Below are positions 1 through 9,616 of a DNA stretch of 52,489 bases, piece by piece; the first letter of the stretch is position 1, and each line of letters opens with the position of its first letter. The position numbers and the translations under genes were made by a program. Source of the stretch: a virus (taxonomy: Duplodnaviria; Caudoviricetes). Location of the stretch: positions 1-52,489 of IMG/VR virus record IMGVR_UViG_3300018466_000002; one strand, 5' to 3'. The notes beneath the pieces were generated by a model. The model did not search any database. It had not been told where the DNA came from and saw only the letters and a list, made by a program, of their open reading frames with translations.

Positions 1-409
1 CGACGCCGAGGAAGGCCAGAAGGTAATCGACGCGTACCGGAAGCAGACCGAATCCATCAACACCGTGAAGACGGCGACGGGCGAGATGCACGCCGTGGTG
101 GAGAATGGTCGTACGGTCTGGACAAATCTCGCCGCTGATGCAGACAAGGTCACGAACGCCAAGCTCAAGGTGCAGACCACGGCTGTGAGTCTCGGCAAGG
201 CGCTCGACGGGCTGCGGGAGAATCAGGCGCTTTTCAGCACGACAGCCGGCGGACTTGTGGGCAACGCGGCTGACATTGAAGCGGCCATGGATCGCGCCAC
301 CGCTTCCATCAAACGCCTGAATGAAGAAGCCGCGAAAGCCGCAGGGGCCGAGCCAACGGCCGACCAGGTGAGCCACGGCAACACAGTCAAGGGCAGCGGA
401 CCGAAATAG
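1..409 (+). CDS. C-terminal part of tail tape measure protein (continues from 49738 across the junction)
   Basis: Open frame from base 2 to TAG 407-409; Ala-rich helical sequence; in frame with the 49738 ORF when the terminal CGACG overlap is collapsed. Confidence 0.75.
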   Translation, partial: DAEEGQKVIDAYRKQTESINTVKTATGEMHAVVENGRTVWTNLAADADKVTNAKLKVQTTAVSLGKALDGLRENQALFSTTAGGLVGNAADIEAAMDRATASIKRLNEEAAKAAGAEPTADQVSHGNTVKGSGPK

Positions 410-432
410 CGCTATGGCGTACGATTGACGGC

Positions 433-1149
433 ATGGCAAGCGGCATCCTCTCCCTCTCTGGCGCCCTGAAGCTCCTCGCGCAGAACGCGAATGCGGCGAC
501 GGCCGAAGTTGAACGCACTGTCCGCGTCGTCGACTCCATCCCCGACTCTGACGCGGTGGACGGGATTCGCAAGGCGATCGACGAAACGGAGAAATCCGTG
601 CTCCGCCTCCTCGGCTTGCGTGCCGGTCAGACGATTTCGGGCGGGCGCACAACCGAGGCTGGAGCCGATGCTGATGCTGAGGAGGAAACACGGGACCGCC
701 GCAACCTGACAACGCATCTCGTGAACACCCGCTCCCTGCTCGACGAACTGCTCTCGTTCAGGGGTGACGTTCTGGCCAACGAGACATTTGACCCGAGCGG
801 ACAGAAAACCGGCTCCGTCACGTACGCAGCGGCCGTGCAATGGATGCTGGACTACATCAAGGGGTTGGAGCAGAACGAGCGCGCGTTTCGCGATCCGACA
901 CGGCACCGTCCAACTTCAGCGGGCGGGCTCGAAAACCTCGCCAACATCTTTGAGCGCTTTTTCGGCACTCGGTTCGGACGGCTTGAGGACCTTGCGCGCG
1001 AGATGATGAAGCGCACGAAGGAAGCGCAGAAGCAAACGCTCAAGAACGTGAAGACTTCCACATCCGGCACGCTCGGAAAGCCTCAACAGAAGTCGTGCGG
1101 TGGGGAGTCGTCGCTGTCTATCCTGTTGCAGTCGGGCGGGCTCAGGTGA
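433..1149 (+). CDS. Tail-associated hypothetical protein
   Basis: 238-aa ORF directly after the tape measure; TACGAT-N7-ATG leaderless-type promoter. Confidence 0.55.
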   Translation: MASGILSLSGALKLLAQNANAATAEVERTVRVVDSIPDSDAVDGIRKAIDETEKSVLRLLGLRAGQTISGGRTTEAGADADAEEETRDRRNLTTHLVNTRSLLDELLSFRGDVLANETFDPSGQKTGSVTYAAAVQWMLDYIKGLEQNERAFRDPTRHRPTSAGGLENLANIFERFFGTRFGRLEDLAREMMKRTKEAQKQTLKNVKTSTSGTLGKPQQKSCGGESSLSILLQSGGLR

Positions 1150-1548
1150 GTCGGCGCACCCATCGCCGTTTCGGCGCCGCGTTCACTGCGGGCTTCCGTG
1201 GGCGACTCTTGCGGCTATGCTCACCGCCGTCCGTCATCCCCATGTCGTGTACGTCCACGCCTCACGATAGCCGAGCGCTTTAGCAGCACGGCACATCGCT
1301 CCGTACAGCGCGGAACAGGCATTCTCACACCCGTCAGACGCTACGCGTGAAATCACAATGCGCCCAGTCCCCTGCCATTCCTGCGCGGGGTTCCCGGCCA
1401 CAGCAACACCGCGCACGGCGCCCGCTTCGTCGGCGACTGCCGCAGCGAATAGCCCGCCTTGAATGTAGGGCAACTTGCGATGCCATTCCGACACGAACTT
1501 GCGCGCTGCCTTCACTGTGCACGGAACGATCGCCAACCTGCTCTGCAT
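1142..1548 (-). pseudogene. XF1762-family (Mom-like GNAT) protein with internal deletion/frameshift
   Basis: ARKFVSEWHRK..GVAVAGNP..SRVASDGCENACSALYGAMCRAAKALGY..WTYT stops at 1234; family-like C-terminus (GGEHSRKSRPR..KRRW) continues in another frame to 1142. Confidence 0.65.
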
Positions 1549-1592
1549 GCGACGCATTGTATCACGTTGCGTCGTGCGATGATAGCCCCATG
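1545..1592. promoter_or_regulatory. 48-bp divergent promoter cassette, copy 1
   Basis: Minus: TGATACAAT-GCGTCGC-ATG(1548); plus: TGCGATGAT-AGCCCC-ATG(1590). Confidence 0.75.
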
Positions 1593-2303
1593 CCGCGCCT
1601 CATCGAACAGGGCGACCCCGGAACCGACCGACCCATTCTCCTCGACGGGGTGGAACTGTCCGTACTCCCCGCTGATCTCGACTCCCCGCCCGAACCGGTG
1701 AGCGACTATCTCGACCGGCTGAACGGGCGGGCGTCTGAGCACCAGCGCCGGCCCTCGTTCTACGGCGCGCCCTCGCACACCGACCGCTACCCGTTCACGT
1801 TCGCGTACGACCAGATCAGAGGGCCAGACCGGATCATCATGGAGACCATCCGCGTGCGCGGCGGCACGCATCTCCTCACCGTCTGGCGCATGGTCCCGGT
1901 CATCTGGCAGTGTCAGGCGGGCATCTCGCGGCACTACCTGCCGAGGCGTCCGGCCGCTCACCTGTACGACGGCCTGCTGATCGGCGGGGATGCTGGCGCA
2001 ACGGTCGTGAACACCGAGCACTTTCCCATTGACGCGACGTTGAACGGGGCGGCGCTGGCAGTGACGTACGCCGAGGGACCGACGCTCGCCGATCCGGGGG
2101 AGGGCGGCGTGGTGGTCGCGCGAGAGGCCGACGTGTCAGGCGAGGCAGCGGGCTACGTGGGCATCCGCGTCGGCGGCACCCTTCAGACCGGGGACGAGTT
2201 GATGCTGTGGGGATGCTGGACTCACGAGGTTAGTTTGCGCGCGCCGGGGCTCGTGATGCGCGGGCAGTCTGAGAGTCACGCTTACGTGTTCGTGGAGGTG
2301 TGA
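1590..2303 (+). CDS. Putative minor tail protein
   Basis: Position after tape measure; beta-rich; start chosen from the conserved cassette geometry. Confidence 0.55.
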   Translation: MPRLIEQGDPGTDRPILLDGVELSVLPADLDSPPEPVSDYLDRLNGRASEHQRRPSFYGAPSHTDRYPFTFAYDQIRGPDRIIMETIRVRGGTHLLTVWRMVPVIWQCQAGISRHYLPRRPAAHLYDGLLIGGDAGATVVNTEHFPIDATLNGAALAVTYAEGPTLADPGEGGVVVAREADVSGEAAGYVGIRVGGTLQTGDELMLWGCWTHEVSLRAPGLVMRGQSESHAYVFVEV

Positions 2304-2860
2304 TACCCCGCGATGAGGGTCGATGCCCACCCTCGCAACTCGTCAGCGTTCACGAGGATCTCGTCAGCGCACTTCGCCATCAACTCCGGTTCTACGCGAT
2401 CAAGGCGCGCTGGAACGTGGCACCCGTCGAGATCACCGCACGCGCCGCAAGGTCTGTGGCGATAGAGGGTGTGACCGAACAGACGCACGGCATCATCAGC
2501 ATCAGGAAGCGGAACGCCGTGAGGAAATAGCACAGCAGTCCGCTTACCAGCGCCGACACTCCACCCCAACTCAAGGTGCGCGGAACTTCCGCACGGAAGG
2601 ACGAGCAGGCACACATCCGCAGCGCGCAGGGCGTCCATGTCTCGTCGGAATCCTTCCTCGGCCACATCATGCCGAAGCGCGGTACGGTACGCGTCAGGGC
2701 GCCACGCCTGCCACTGCGGGTCCACGTCAGACCACGCGAAGCCGCGCACGCCCGGCTCCGGTTCGCGAAAGTCGTATACGTCGTGACCTAACTCGCGCAG
2801 GAGTTCCACCACGCCGATCTGCCAAGGGTTCCGCCACGAAGAAGCTACGTAGATTCGCAT
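2282..2860 (-). CDS. Nucleoside 2-deoxyribosyltransferase-like protein
   Basis: MRIYVASSWRN...GHDVYDFR...DMDALRAADVCLLVLPCGSSAHLELGWSVGAGKRT motif pattern. Confidence 0.75.
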   Translation of the reverse strand: MRIYVASSWRNPWQIGVVELLRELGHDVYDFREPEPGVRGFAWSDVDPQWQAWRPDAYRTALRHDVAEEGFRRDMDALRAADVCLLVLPCGSSAHLELGWSVGAGKRTAVLFPHGVPLPDADDAVRLFGHTLYRHRPCGACGDLDGCHVPARLDRVEPELMAKCADEILVNADELRGWASTLIAGYHTSTNT

Positions 2861-2904
2861 GCGACGCATTGTAACACACGCCATCATGCGAAGATACTCC
2901 CGTG
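2857..2904. promoter_or_regulatory. 48-bp divergent promoter cassette, copy 2
   Basis: Minus: TGTTACAAT-GCGTCGC-ATG(2860); plus: TGCGAAGAT-ACTCCC-GTG(2902). Confidence 0.8.
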
Positions 2905-5007
2905 ACGATCCTCGCCGAACTCTCCGGCAACCTCACCGTGACGGCAGACGACTCCCCGTCCGTGCTCGGTCATGTGGAGGTCACGGACGCGGGTACCTTC
3001 TGGTTTGTCCTCGACGTTGATGACCGCGCGTCCGTCGCCTTCGCCCAGCGATACCAACCTCTCGGCGTCGGCATCACCATCAACGGCGTGCCCGTTCCTG
3101 ATCGCGAGATAGGCAATGTGTTGACCATCACCGAATCGCGGGACAGCTACGGGGACCGGCTGCAGTTCCAGCTCATCGGCGAGCGGTGGTCTCCGTTTGC
3201 CCGCCGCATCCTCAGCAGCAACGCGCATGTCGTCGTCACCTTCGTGATCGGGCACGGTGCGACCGAGTTCCGCAAGCAAGTATTCGATGGCTACGTGGCC
3301 GCGCACACGTACGACGCGCAGCCGCCTGCCGCGAACGTGACGTGCCTCGACGCCGCTGCACTCCACGCCGAGAAGCGGGCGAAGACTTGGATGCTTCCGG
3401 CGAACAGCGGACGATCGCGCCTGTCGCTCGGCATGGAACTCCTCGCGCTCGTCGCCATCCCGACCGGCTACATCGACCTTGGAGGCGACGGCGGAATCGT
3501 GAACAAGCCTCTGGCCCCCGGTGATCAGCCCGTGGTCGATTTCATCCGCGACATGTGGGGCATCCTCGGCGCGGAAGTCGGATTCGAAAATGGACTCTTC
3601 TGCGCACGGCGGTATTCGTCCTCGCTGCCGCCCGTCATGGAACTGAACGCGGGGAACATCCTCGCGCCGCCAGCCGCACCCGCGCCCACCATCACCAGCC
3701 CCGACGTGCTCGCCCCCAACGTGATCGGCGTCGTGACGAGTTCCTACGTGCAGGAGGACATTGGCGGGTTGCGGACCGTGGAAACGTCCGTCGTCACCAT
3801 CGGTCCCTACGCGCCCGTGAGCGCCACCGGCACATGGCAGACGACGGTGCGCACAATCTCCGAGGTCATCACGCGCACAACGTACCTTGGCACGCTGGAC
3901 ATCCTCACCGAGCAGGAGGAGTACGGATGGTACGCTGTGAAGGCCGCGCCCGAGATGTTCCTCCCATCCGAAGACCCGCCCGGCTACGAGATCGTCCCGA
4001 GCAACTTCACCACGTTCACCTATCCGGACGGTTCCACCCGCGGCGATTCCGTCGAGCAGTACCGACGCCTGAGCAAGACGGTTGTCCGGAAGGCCGTCGA
4101 CGACGACTACAACGTGATTGCCGTCCGCGAAGAGAAGTACAGCTTCCGGTTCCAGCGCAAAGCTATCTGGATCGTGGTCGACGGCGAGAACGAGCTTTCC
4201 GCAGGCCAGACCTACCTCACCGACGAAGGGGAAGGAGTCCTCGGCGGGCGCGAAGTCATGGGCCTGCTCGAAGGCGACAGCGGCAACCGGATGGAGGGCG
4301 GGCTCGCCGCGTCCTCGCTGTACCGGCGCCCAGACGAACTGATCGAGACGACGTACGAACTGAACGCGGACGGCACGATCAAAAGCGAGACGGTCACTGA
4401 GCACTTCTACGACATCGGCCAGCCGCGGCGAAAGGCGGACGGCGCGCACGGGTACGGGTTCGACTCCTTCACGTACGCCTCGCGCGCGCAGGAGGCGAAC
4501 GACGCGCTTGCGGATCAGTGGGGCGGGCTGCGCACAACCATCCGCCGTTACCGCGTCATCAACGAAGACAAGTACGAGATGACGGAGCGGACAACGGGGA
4601 GCAATGAACCCGCGCGGACCAAGACGCAGACCCTCGTTGGCGCCCCGCCCCGCCCCGAGCGCGCTGATCCCGAGGTGACGACGCAGGAGATTCGGGAGTA
4701 CGTCGTCGACTCGGAGCGCGTAGCCCTGTCGGGCCAAGAGATCGAGCGCGTGGAGCACAATGAGTTCATCGAGACGCGAGAGCAAGCCGCCGCATTCGCC
4801 CGCATCCTTGCCCGTCGCGCATCTGCTCGCGTCCTGACCTGCTCCACGCCCATTGAGTCCATCGTCCACAAGTTCCGGATGGTGCGCGTGAACCTGCCGG
4901 GGACTTCGATCCACGGGCTGCACTTCTACGTCACGGACATCGAACGGCACGCGGCCACGTTTCAGCAGGAGATCACGGCGGAGTATTACTCGCCGGAGTT
5001 GGGGTGA
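2902..5007 (+). CDS. Large minor tail / tail-tip (hub-like) protein
   Basis: 701 aa in the tail module; VFDGYV..VTCLD pattern and C-terminal 'RVNLP..FYVTDIE..QEITA' resemble tail hub proteins. Confidence 0.6.
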   Translation: MTILAELSGNLTVTADDSPSVLGHVEVTDAGTFWFVLDVDDRASVAFAQRYQPLGVGITINGVPVPDREIGNVLTITESRDSYGDRLQFQLIGERWSPFARRILSSNAHVVVTFVIGHGATEFRKQVFDGYVAAHTYDAQPPAANVTCLDAAALHAEKRAKTWMLPANSGRSRLSLGMELLALVAIPTGYIDLGGDGGIVNKPLAPGDQPVVDFIRDMWGILGAEVGFENGLFCARRYSSSLPPVMELNAGNILAPPAAPAPTITSPDVLAPNVIGVVTSSYVQEDIGGLRTVETSVVTIGPYAPVSATGTWQTTVRTISEVITRTTYLGTLDILTEQEEYGWYAVKAAPEMFLPSEDPPGYEIVPSNFTTFTYPDGSTRGDSVEQYRRLSKTVVRKAVDDDYNVIAVREEKYSFRFQRKAIWIVVDGENELSAGQTYLTDEGEGVLGGREVMGLLEGDSGNRMEGGLAASSLYRRPDELIETTYELNADGTIKSETVTEHFYDIGQPRRKADGAHGYGFDSFTYASRAQEANDALADQWGGLRTTIRRYRVINEDKYEMTERTTGSNEPARTKTQTLVGAPPRPERADPEVTTQEIREYVVDSERVALSGQEIERVEHNEFIETREQAAAFARILARRASARVLTCSTPIESIVHKFRMVRVNLPGTSIHGLHFYVTDIERHAATFQQEITAEYYSPELG

Positions 5008-5237
5008 CGATCCGCGACGATGTTCTCCAGCTTCCCCGCGACTCTGGAGATTTGATCGTGAAGGCGCCGAAGACTGTTCGCGGTTGCGGACTCCGCAGTC
5101 GACCCGTACGCCAACTCGGAGAAAGGTCCCCACGCGTATTCAGCTAGCCATTCCGTCGTCGGCGTAACCTGCATCGTGCTGCGGTAGCGACGGATCAGCG
5201 TCGCATGCTTCTGCAGTTTGGCCATGTCTACTTGCAT
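4986..5237 (-). CDS. Hypothetical accessory protein
   Basis: ORF starting at the conserved leaderless element. Confidence 0.6.
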   Translation of the reverse strand: MQVDMAKLQKHATLIRRYRSTMQVTPTTEWLAEYAWGPFSELAYGSTAESATANSLRRLHDQISRVAGKLENIVADRHPNSGE

Positions 5238-5281
5238 GCGACGTATTGTAACACATCCACCCATGCGAAGATACTCCCGTG
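5234..5281. promoter_or_regulatory. 48-bp divergent promoter cassette, copy 3
   Basis: 42/48 identical to 2857-2904; starts at ATG 5237 (-) and GTG 5279 (+). Confidence 0.8.
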
Positions 5282-6784
5282 CCAAACGCCACCCGCGATT
5301 ACCTCGACCATCATGCCCGCCGCACCGCCGACACCATCACGGGCCGGATCATCGAACGGCAGTCGAACGGCGTGTACGTGTACGAGGACATCGCCTCGGG
5401 CGCCAGTCGCTACGCCACGCCGAACACGAACGATGAATACGCGATCGGTTCCCGCGTGCGCATTGACCGGGTGAGCGCGGGGCGAAACGTGATCGGCGCG
5501 CAGGATGTCATCACCGGACGGGCGCCGAAAGAAGAGCGCGGGCTGAGCGGCACAACTCCGAGCGTTGACCGGAACGAGGTCGGGCGCGCGTTCATCACGA
5601 GCGTGGATCCGGACCCGCTCATTCTTACAGCGGGCGGGGCGTCGGGTGAGCAGGTCATCACCGGCGGCGGGTTCACTTCGGCTGCCGAATACTTCGCGCG
5701 CGGGGAAGCGGATGACCCGACCGTGACGGACGCGGACGAGCCGGAGGTGACGCCCACGCAGGTTGTGATGACGATCTCGGCGGATGCGGCGTCCGCGCTC
5801 GGGGAGTTCGGCGTCACTGTGAACGGTGCGGTTGCGAGTAACGCCATCCGCATCGTCGCATCCCGCCGCGTCACCGCGCTCTGGTACTGGCGCGCGGACG
5901 GTTCGGAACTGCTGAGCGTGAACAAGGCGACCGGGGCGATCATCGGGACGTGGGCGAATCCGGGGGGCGTGCCCGACTACCGGCCCCTGCTCGCGGACGC
6001 GACGTACGTGTACGCGTTCACCACTACGCACCTTCTGCGCATCGGCATCGTGTCGGGAGTGTCGGAGACGTTCGTGCTCGCGGAGGAGCCGAATTTCCTG
6101 AATTGCGCCGCAGTCGTGGCGGGCGTCCTGTACTACGGCGAGGCCGATGCGGTCTACCCCGATACGCGCCCGCGCCGACTCATTCGCTTCGATCCGTCCG
6201 ACAGTTCGACAACATACGTCCTGCTCGGCTCAGCAGATTCCGGATATCGCTACGTGGTGTCTGCGATCGGGGCCGACATCTTCGGGGTCATCACGGATGT
6301 TCAGGTTGCGCCAAACGTGGCCGTTCCTTTCGCGCTCAACACGGTGACCGAGTCCGCGACCTTCGCGGGAGTTGCAGCGGAGGTGTTGGCGGACCCGGTC
6401 GGCGTGACGGCGACTGACATCGTTTTCGTCGGCGGTGCGGTCGCGGGCTACTCCGCCTATAGGTACGACCGCCCGTCGCTGGACTTCGAAGCGAGCGCGG
6501 CCCTCGCGATAGATGCGTGGTACGGCTCATTCGCCAATCCGCATCTCCTCGTTACAGAGAACGACGAACCCGGCGCGACGCTGCACCTTGTCAACGCGGA
6601 GACGTTCGCGGTCCAGTCGGCGGCGCTGCCGGCCATCACGCAAGCCGGTGGAGTCGCCGCGAATGCCGAGGTGGCCTACGTCGTGAGCGAGAATGAGGAC
6701 GTGGTGCAGATCGTCAACCGCTCTACGCTGGCAGTGACTTCGATCACGGCTCCGGCTGCGGTGGGGGTTGTGATGCTGGCGTGA
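5279..6784 (+). CDS. Minor tail protein (Ig-like domain plus probable beta-propeller)
   Basis: 501 aa; ITSVDP..ITGGGF..VTVNG Ig/IPT-like stretch followed by repeated beta blades. Confidence 0.55.
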   Translation: MPNATRDYLDHHARRTADTITGRIIERQSNGVYVYEDIASGASRYATPNTNDEYAIGSRVRIDRVSAGRNVIGAQDVITGRAPKEERGLSGTTPSVDRNEVGRAFITSVDPDPLILTAGGASGEQVITGGGFTSAAEYFARGEADDPTVTDADEPEVTPTQVVMTISADAASALGEFGVTVNGAVASNAIRIVASRRVTALWYWRADGSELLSVNKATGAIIGTWANPGGVPDYRPLLADATYVYAFTTTHLLRIGIVSGVSETFVLAEEPNFLNCAAVVAGVLYYGEADAVYPDTRPRRLIRFDPSDSSTTYVLLGSADSGYRYVVSAIGADIFGVITDVQVAPNVAVPFALNTVTESATFAGVAAEVLADPVGVTATDIVFVGGAVAGYSAYRYDRPSLDFEASAALAIDAWYGSFANPHLLVTENDEPGATLHLVNAETFAVQSAALPAITQAGGVAANAEVAYVVSENEDVVQIVNRSTLAVTSITAPAAVGVVMLA

Positions 6785-6929
6785 GGTTGTCGAGATGCAG
6801 GCGCAACGCGTCCGGCTCGTATGTCGCCTGCTTCAGCCGAGACACCGCCACGTTGATCGCGCTGGTCGTGTCCTCGATCTCTTTCCGCAGTTCGTGCAGC
6901 AACTCCACTTCCTTTTCAAGTTCGCTCAT
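6744..6929 (-). CDS. Small coiled-coil hypothetical protein
   Basis: ATGA-coupled last gene of a 3-gene reverse operon. Confidence 0.5.
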   Translation of the reverse strand: MSELEKEVELLHELRKEIEDTTSAINVAVSRLKQATYEPDALRLHLDNLTPASQPPPQPEP

Positions 6930-7174
6930 ACGATCTCCGCACCCTTCGGAACATCCAGCGGCGCCGCCGCATGGAACACGGTGTCTGAACTCATGAGCAA
7001 CACCGGCCTGCCGCTTACCCGGACGCCGAGCAACCGTGGCACATCCTGATTCATCAACTCCGCGTCGATGTCCACGTGATGGAGCCCGTGGTTTTCATCA
7101 CGCCAGACGATGGTGAACTTGAAGCTGTCACCCGCTCCACTCAGAACTACCTGAAGTTGTCGCTTGTCCGTCAT
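6926..7174 (-). CDS. Hypothetical protein
   Basis: ATGA overlaps with both neighbours. Confidence 0.55.
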   Translation of the reverse strand: MTDKRQLQVVLSGAGDSFKFTIVWRDENHGLHHVDIDAELMNQDVPRLLGVRVSGRPVLLMSSDTVFHAAAPLDVPKGAEIV

Positions 7175-7563
7175 GCGATCCCCAGTTCCTTCGCGATCTC
7201 GGGGTGGAGCATCGCCATCTCGTATCGCGTGAAGCAATGGGCCAAGTTGCTGGCGCGATCCGGGTTCGGAATAGGGCATTCAATGCAGGACACGTACAGG
7301 TCATGCATTGAGCCTTGCTTGGGCATGATGTGCTGCTGCCGCAGGTAGTGCCCGCACTTCGGGCAGTCGGGACCGAGGATGGCGCGGGCGCGAACCAGTT
7401 CCGCCTGCATCTCGCGTGACGCGACGGTGAAGCCGACGATGGAACGCGCCGGATGCAGGCTCCCGTCACCCTTCTGCACGGCCATCCATGCGTCATTCGC
7501 GGCGTTGCATTCGGGGCAACCACAGTAACTCGGGTGAGGGAGGTCATCGTTCGTGGTAGTCAA
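7171..7563 (-). CDS. Cys-rich hypothetical protein (TTG start)
   Basis: CxCxxC and CxxC motifs; begins right after the conserved element. Confidence 0.55.
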   Translation of the reverse strand: MTTTNDDLPHPSYCGCPECNAANDAWMAVQKGDGSLHPARSIVGFTVASREMQAELVRARAILGPDCPKCGHYLRQQHIMPKQGSMHDLYVSCIECPIPNPDRASNLAHCFTRYEMAMLHPEIAKELGIA

Positions 7564-7608
7564 TGCAACGCATTGTATCACAACGTTCCGTGCGAAGATA
7601 CGTCCATG
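7561..7608. promoter_or_regulatory. 48-bp divergent promoter cassette, copy 4
   Basis: Minus: TGATACAAT-GCGTTGCA-TTG; plus: TGCGAAGAT-ACGTCC-ATG(7606). Confidence 0.75.
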
Positions 7609-9204
7609 CCGCCGCACCTGCAACTGCTCACCACCATCGGCGCCGTTCCCGATCCGATCTTCATCGCCATCAGCGGCGGAGAAGAGAGCGCGATAACCAC
7701 TCTCGAAATCTGGAACGATAAATTGGATGCGTTCGTGGACACGACCACGTCCGTGAATCAGTGGCTGAAAGTCCTCACGTCTTCGATCATCGGATACGCG
7801 CCGGTTACGGGCACGCCGATCTACGGCCCGTATGTTTCGGACGGTGAGCCGATCACCGAAGAGCTATGGTCGCGCGTTCGAATTACGCACACCCTGACGG
7901 CGGCGGGTGCCTCAACGGAAGGTGCGACGGACACGCTGCCGGTCGGAACCAACTCCGAGTTCCCGCTGCCAGACCTTGCCCCGCAGACCGGCGTCCGCAT
8001 CGAGTTTCAGGTCATTGCGCCCGCAGGCCAGACCGCGAACGCGACGCGGATCAGGCCGCAGGTCGTCGGCAATCAGGCTTCCTCCCCGCTCGCCGCACTG
8101 GTCGGACTCGCCAGCGGCAGCGGCGTCGTTCCCGCTGATCGCGTGGCTGGTCTGCGCGCCATCCTGCGCGGGTCCGTGGTCACTGCCGACGACTCGGAAA
8201 CCGTCGCCGTGACCGGCGGGTTGATGGTGCACGACGGGACGGAGCGCGCGTTTGCGGCAGAGGATGTGACCTTCACCCTTGCCGATGGTGCGGCCGTCAA
8301 CCTCGGCGCCGACGAGGCGTACAACGTCACCCTTTCGCGCACGTCCGCAGGCGTGCTCACGGTGACGAAGGGACCGAAGACGGAGGCCGTACTGTTCCCC
8401 GCCGTGCCAGCCGGCAACGTGCTCGTGTCTCGGCTCACCGTCGAATCAGCGGACGGGATCGCGGTCACTGTCGCCCCGTCGTCGGTCGATCAATCCGAAG
8501 TCACGTACGCGGAGCTGTCCGTGCGCGCTGGCGCGGGGTTGACGGCGATCGTTTCCCCTGGTGATGCGATCTCCGATTCGAGCATCCGGCCGCGCGCATC
8601 GCACGCGACCTCCGTCGCGCTCACCGCGGCGAGCGTGAATCGGATTTGGTTGCTGCCCACGGGCGGAAAGAGCGCCACCGTGACGGACGTGTTGCCGACG
8701 CCCGGCGCGGCGCTGCTGGCTCGCGCGACGACGGACGGGGCGAACGTACTTTCCGTCGAAGACACGCGTCCACTCGTGCATCGTGCTGTGACCTACTGGA
8801 CCATGCGTCTCGCCTACGTGGGCGTCATCTCCGAACTCGACGAGCCGTCCGAGCTGATCGCGTGGGACGTTCTGGACGAGGAGGGCGAACTCGAAGACGT
8901 GGCGCTCGACCTGTCGGCGCTGGACGCGACGTGGACGGCAGGGACGCTGCGCGTCGACGTGCGGGCCATCGCGCCGGGCGTGGCCGTGGACAGCGCGGGC
9001 GCCTCGATCTACACGGACGATGCGCAACGGCCCGCCCTCGCATGGGACGCAGCATCCCTCCGCGTCACGAGCGCGGACCATCAGACGCGGCGGTTCGCGC
9101 GTGGTACTCGGTTCGTGCTCGACGTGCTGGACACCGTTGCGGCGCCCGCGACGGAACCCGCGCAGGAGATTCGGGTGGCGTTGAGGTTCCGGCGATACAC
9201 GTAG
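7606..9204 (+). CDS. Minor tail / virion structural protein
   Basis: ~530-aa Thr/Val/Ala-rich beta protein ending the tail module. Confidence 0.55.
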   Translation: MPPHLQLLTTIGAVPDPIFIAISGGEESAITTLEIWNDKLDAFVDTTTSVNQWLKVLTSSIIGYAPVTGTPIYGPYVSDGEPITEELWSRVRITHTLTAAGASTEGATDTLPVGTNSEFPLPDLAPQTGVRIEFQVIAPAGQTANATRIRPQVVGNQASSPLAALVGLASGSGVVPADRVAGLRAILRGSVVTADDSETVAVTGGLMVHDGTERAFAAEDVTFTLADGAAVNLGADEAYNVTLSRTSAGVLTVTKGPKTEAVLFPAVPAGNVLVSRLTVESADGIAVTVAPSSVDQSEVTYAELSVRAGAGLTAIVSPGDAISDSSIRPRASHATSVALTAASVNRIWLLPTGGKSATVTDVLPTPGAALLARATTDGANVLSVEDTRPLVHRAVTYWTMRLAYVGVISELDEPSELIAWDVLDEEGELEDVALDLSALDATWTAGTLRVDVRAIAPGVAVDSAGASIYTDDAQRPALAWDAASLRVTSADHQTRRFARGTRFVLDVLDTVAAPATEPAQEIRVALRFRRYT

Positions 9205-9205
9205 T

Positions 9206-9223
9206 GTGATACACTGCGTTGCA
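9206..9223 (+). promoter_or_regulatory. Conserved promoter/operator element
   Basis: GTGATACACTGCGTTGCA just after TAG 9204; here followed by GGAGG SD and ATG 9249. Confidence 0.7.
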
Positions 9224-9248
9224 TAGCAGTCGCACACTGGAGGATGGC

Positions 9249-9488
9249 ATGAGCGGTGTCGTTGAGAGCTTGAGTGAACGCGTTGACGATCTTGAGAAAA
9301 CCGTGGCTAAGTTATGCGCCAGACTCGGGCATGAGAATTCTGGCGGATGGGTGCGCTGTGGCGTGACTCTGCACAGGCGGGATACCGAATCGTATGAAAA
9401 CAACCCCGTCCATGGTCGGAGGTGCGACACGTGCGGCGTGATGGAATGTTTGCAGGAGCCACCTGCGCACCTCAATGCGTTGGTCTAA
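9249..9488 (+). CDS. Small Cys/His hypothetical protein
   Basis: SD GGAGGA; CxxC motif. Confidence 0.55.
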   Translation: MSGVVESLSERVDDLEKTVAKLCARLGHENSGGWVRCGVTLHRRDTESYENNPVHGRRCDTCGVMECLQEPPAHLNALV

Positions 9489-9616
9489 CGTCGCGCCGCA
9501 AGCCGCATAGACGGAATGATTTCTGAGGTGTTACCGTGAGTCCGGAATGGCACATGCAACGCCCGTTTCGCATGACCGCACTCGACTTCGCACACGGACT
9601 CGCCGAGCCTGACGCC

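Noticed and set aside
2884-5133. Long reverse-strand ORFs (also 35815-37512, 46286-48565, 50845-52254, 15923-17287)
   Set aside because: Antisense shadows of real genes in GC-rich DNA; Arg/Gly/His-rich with no motifs or start signals
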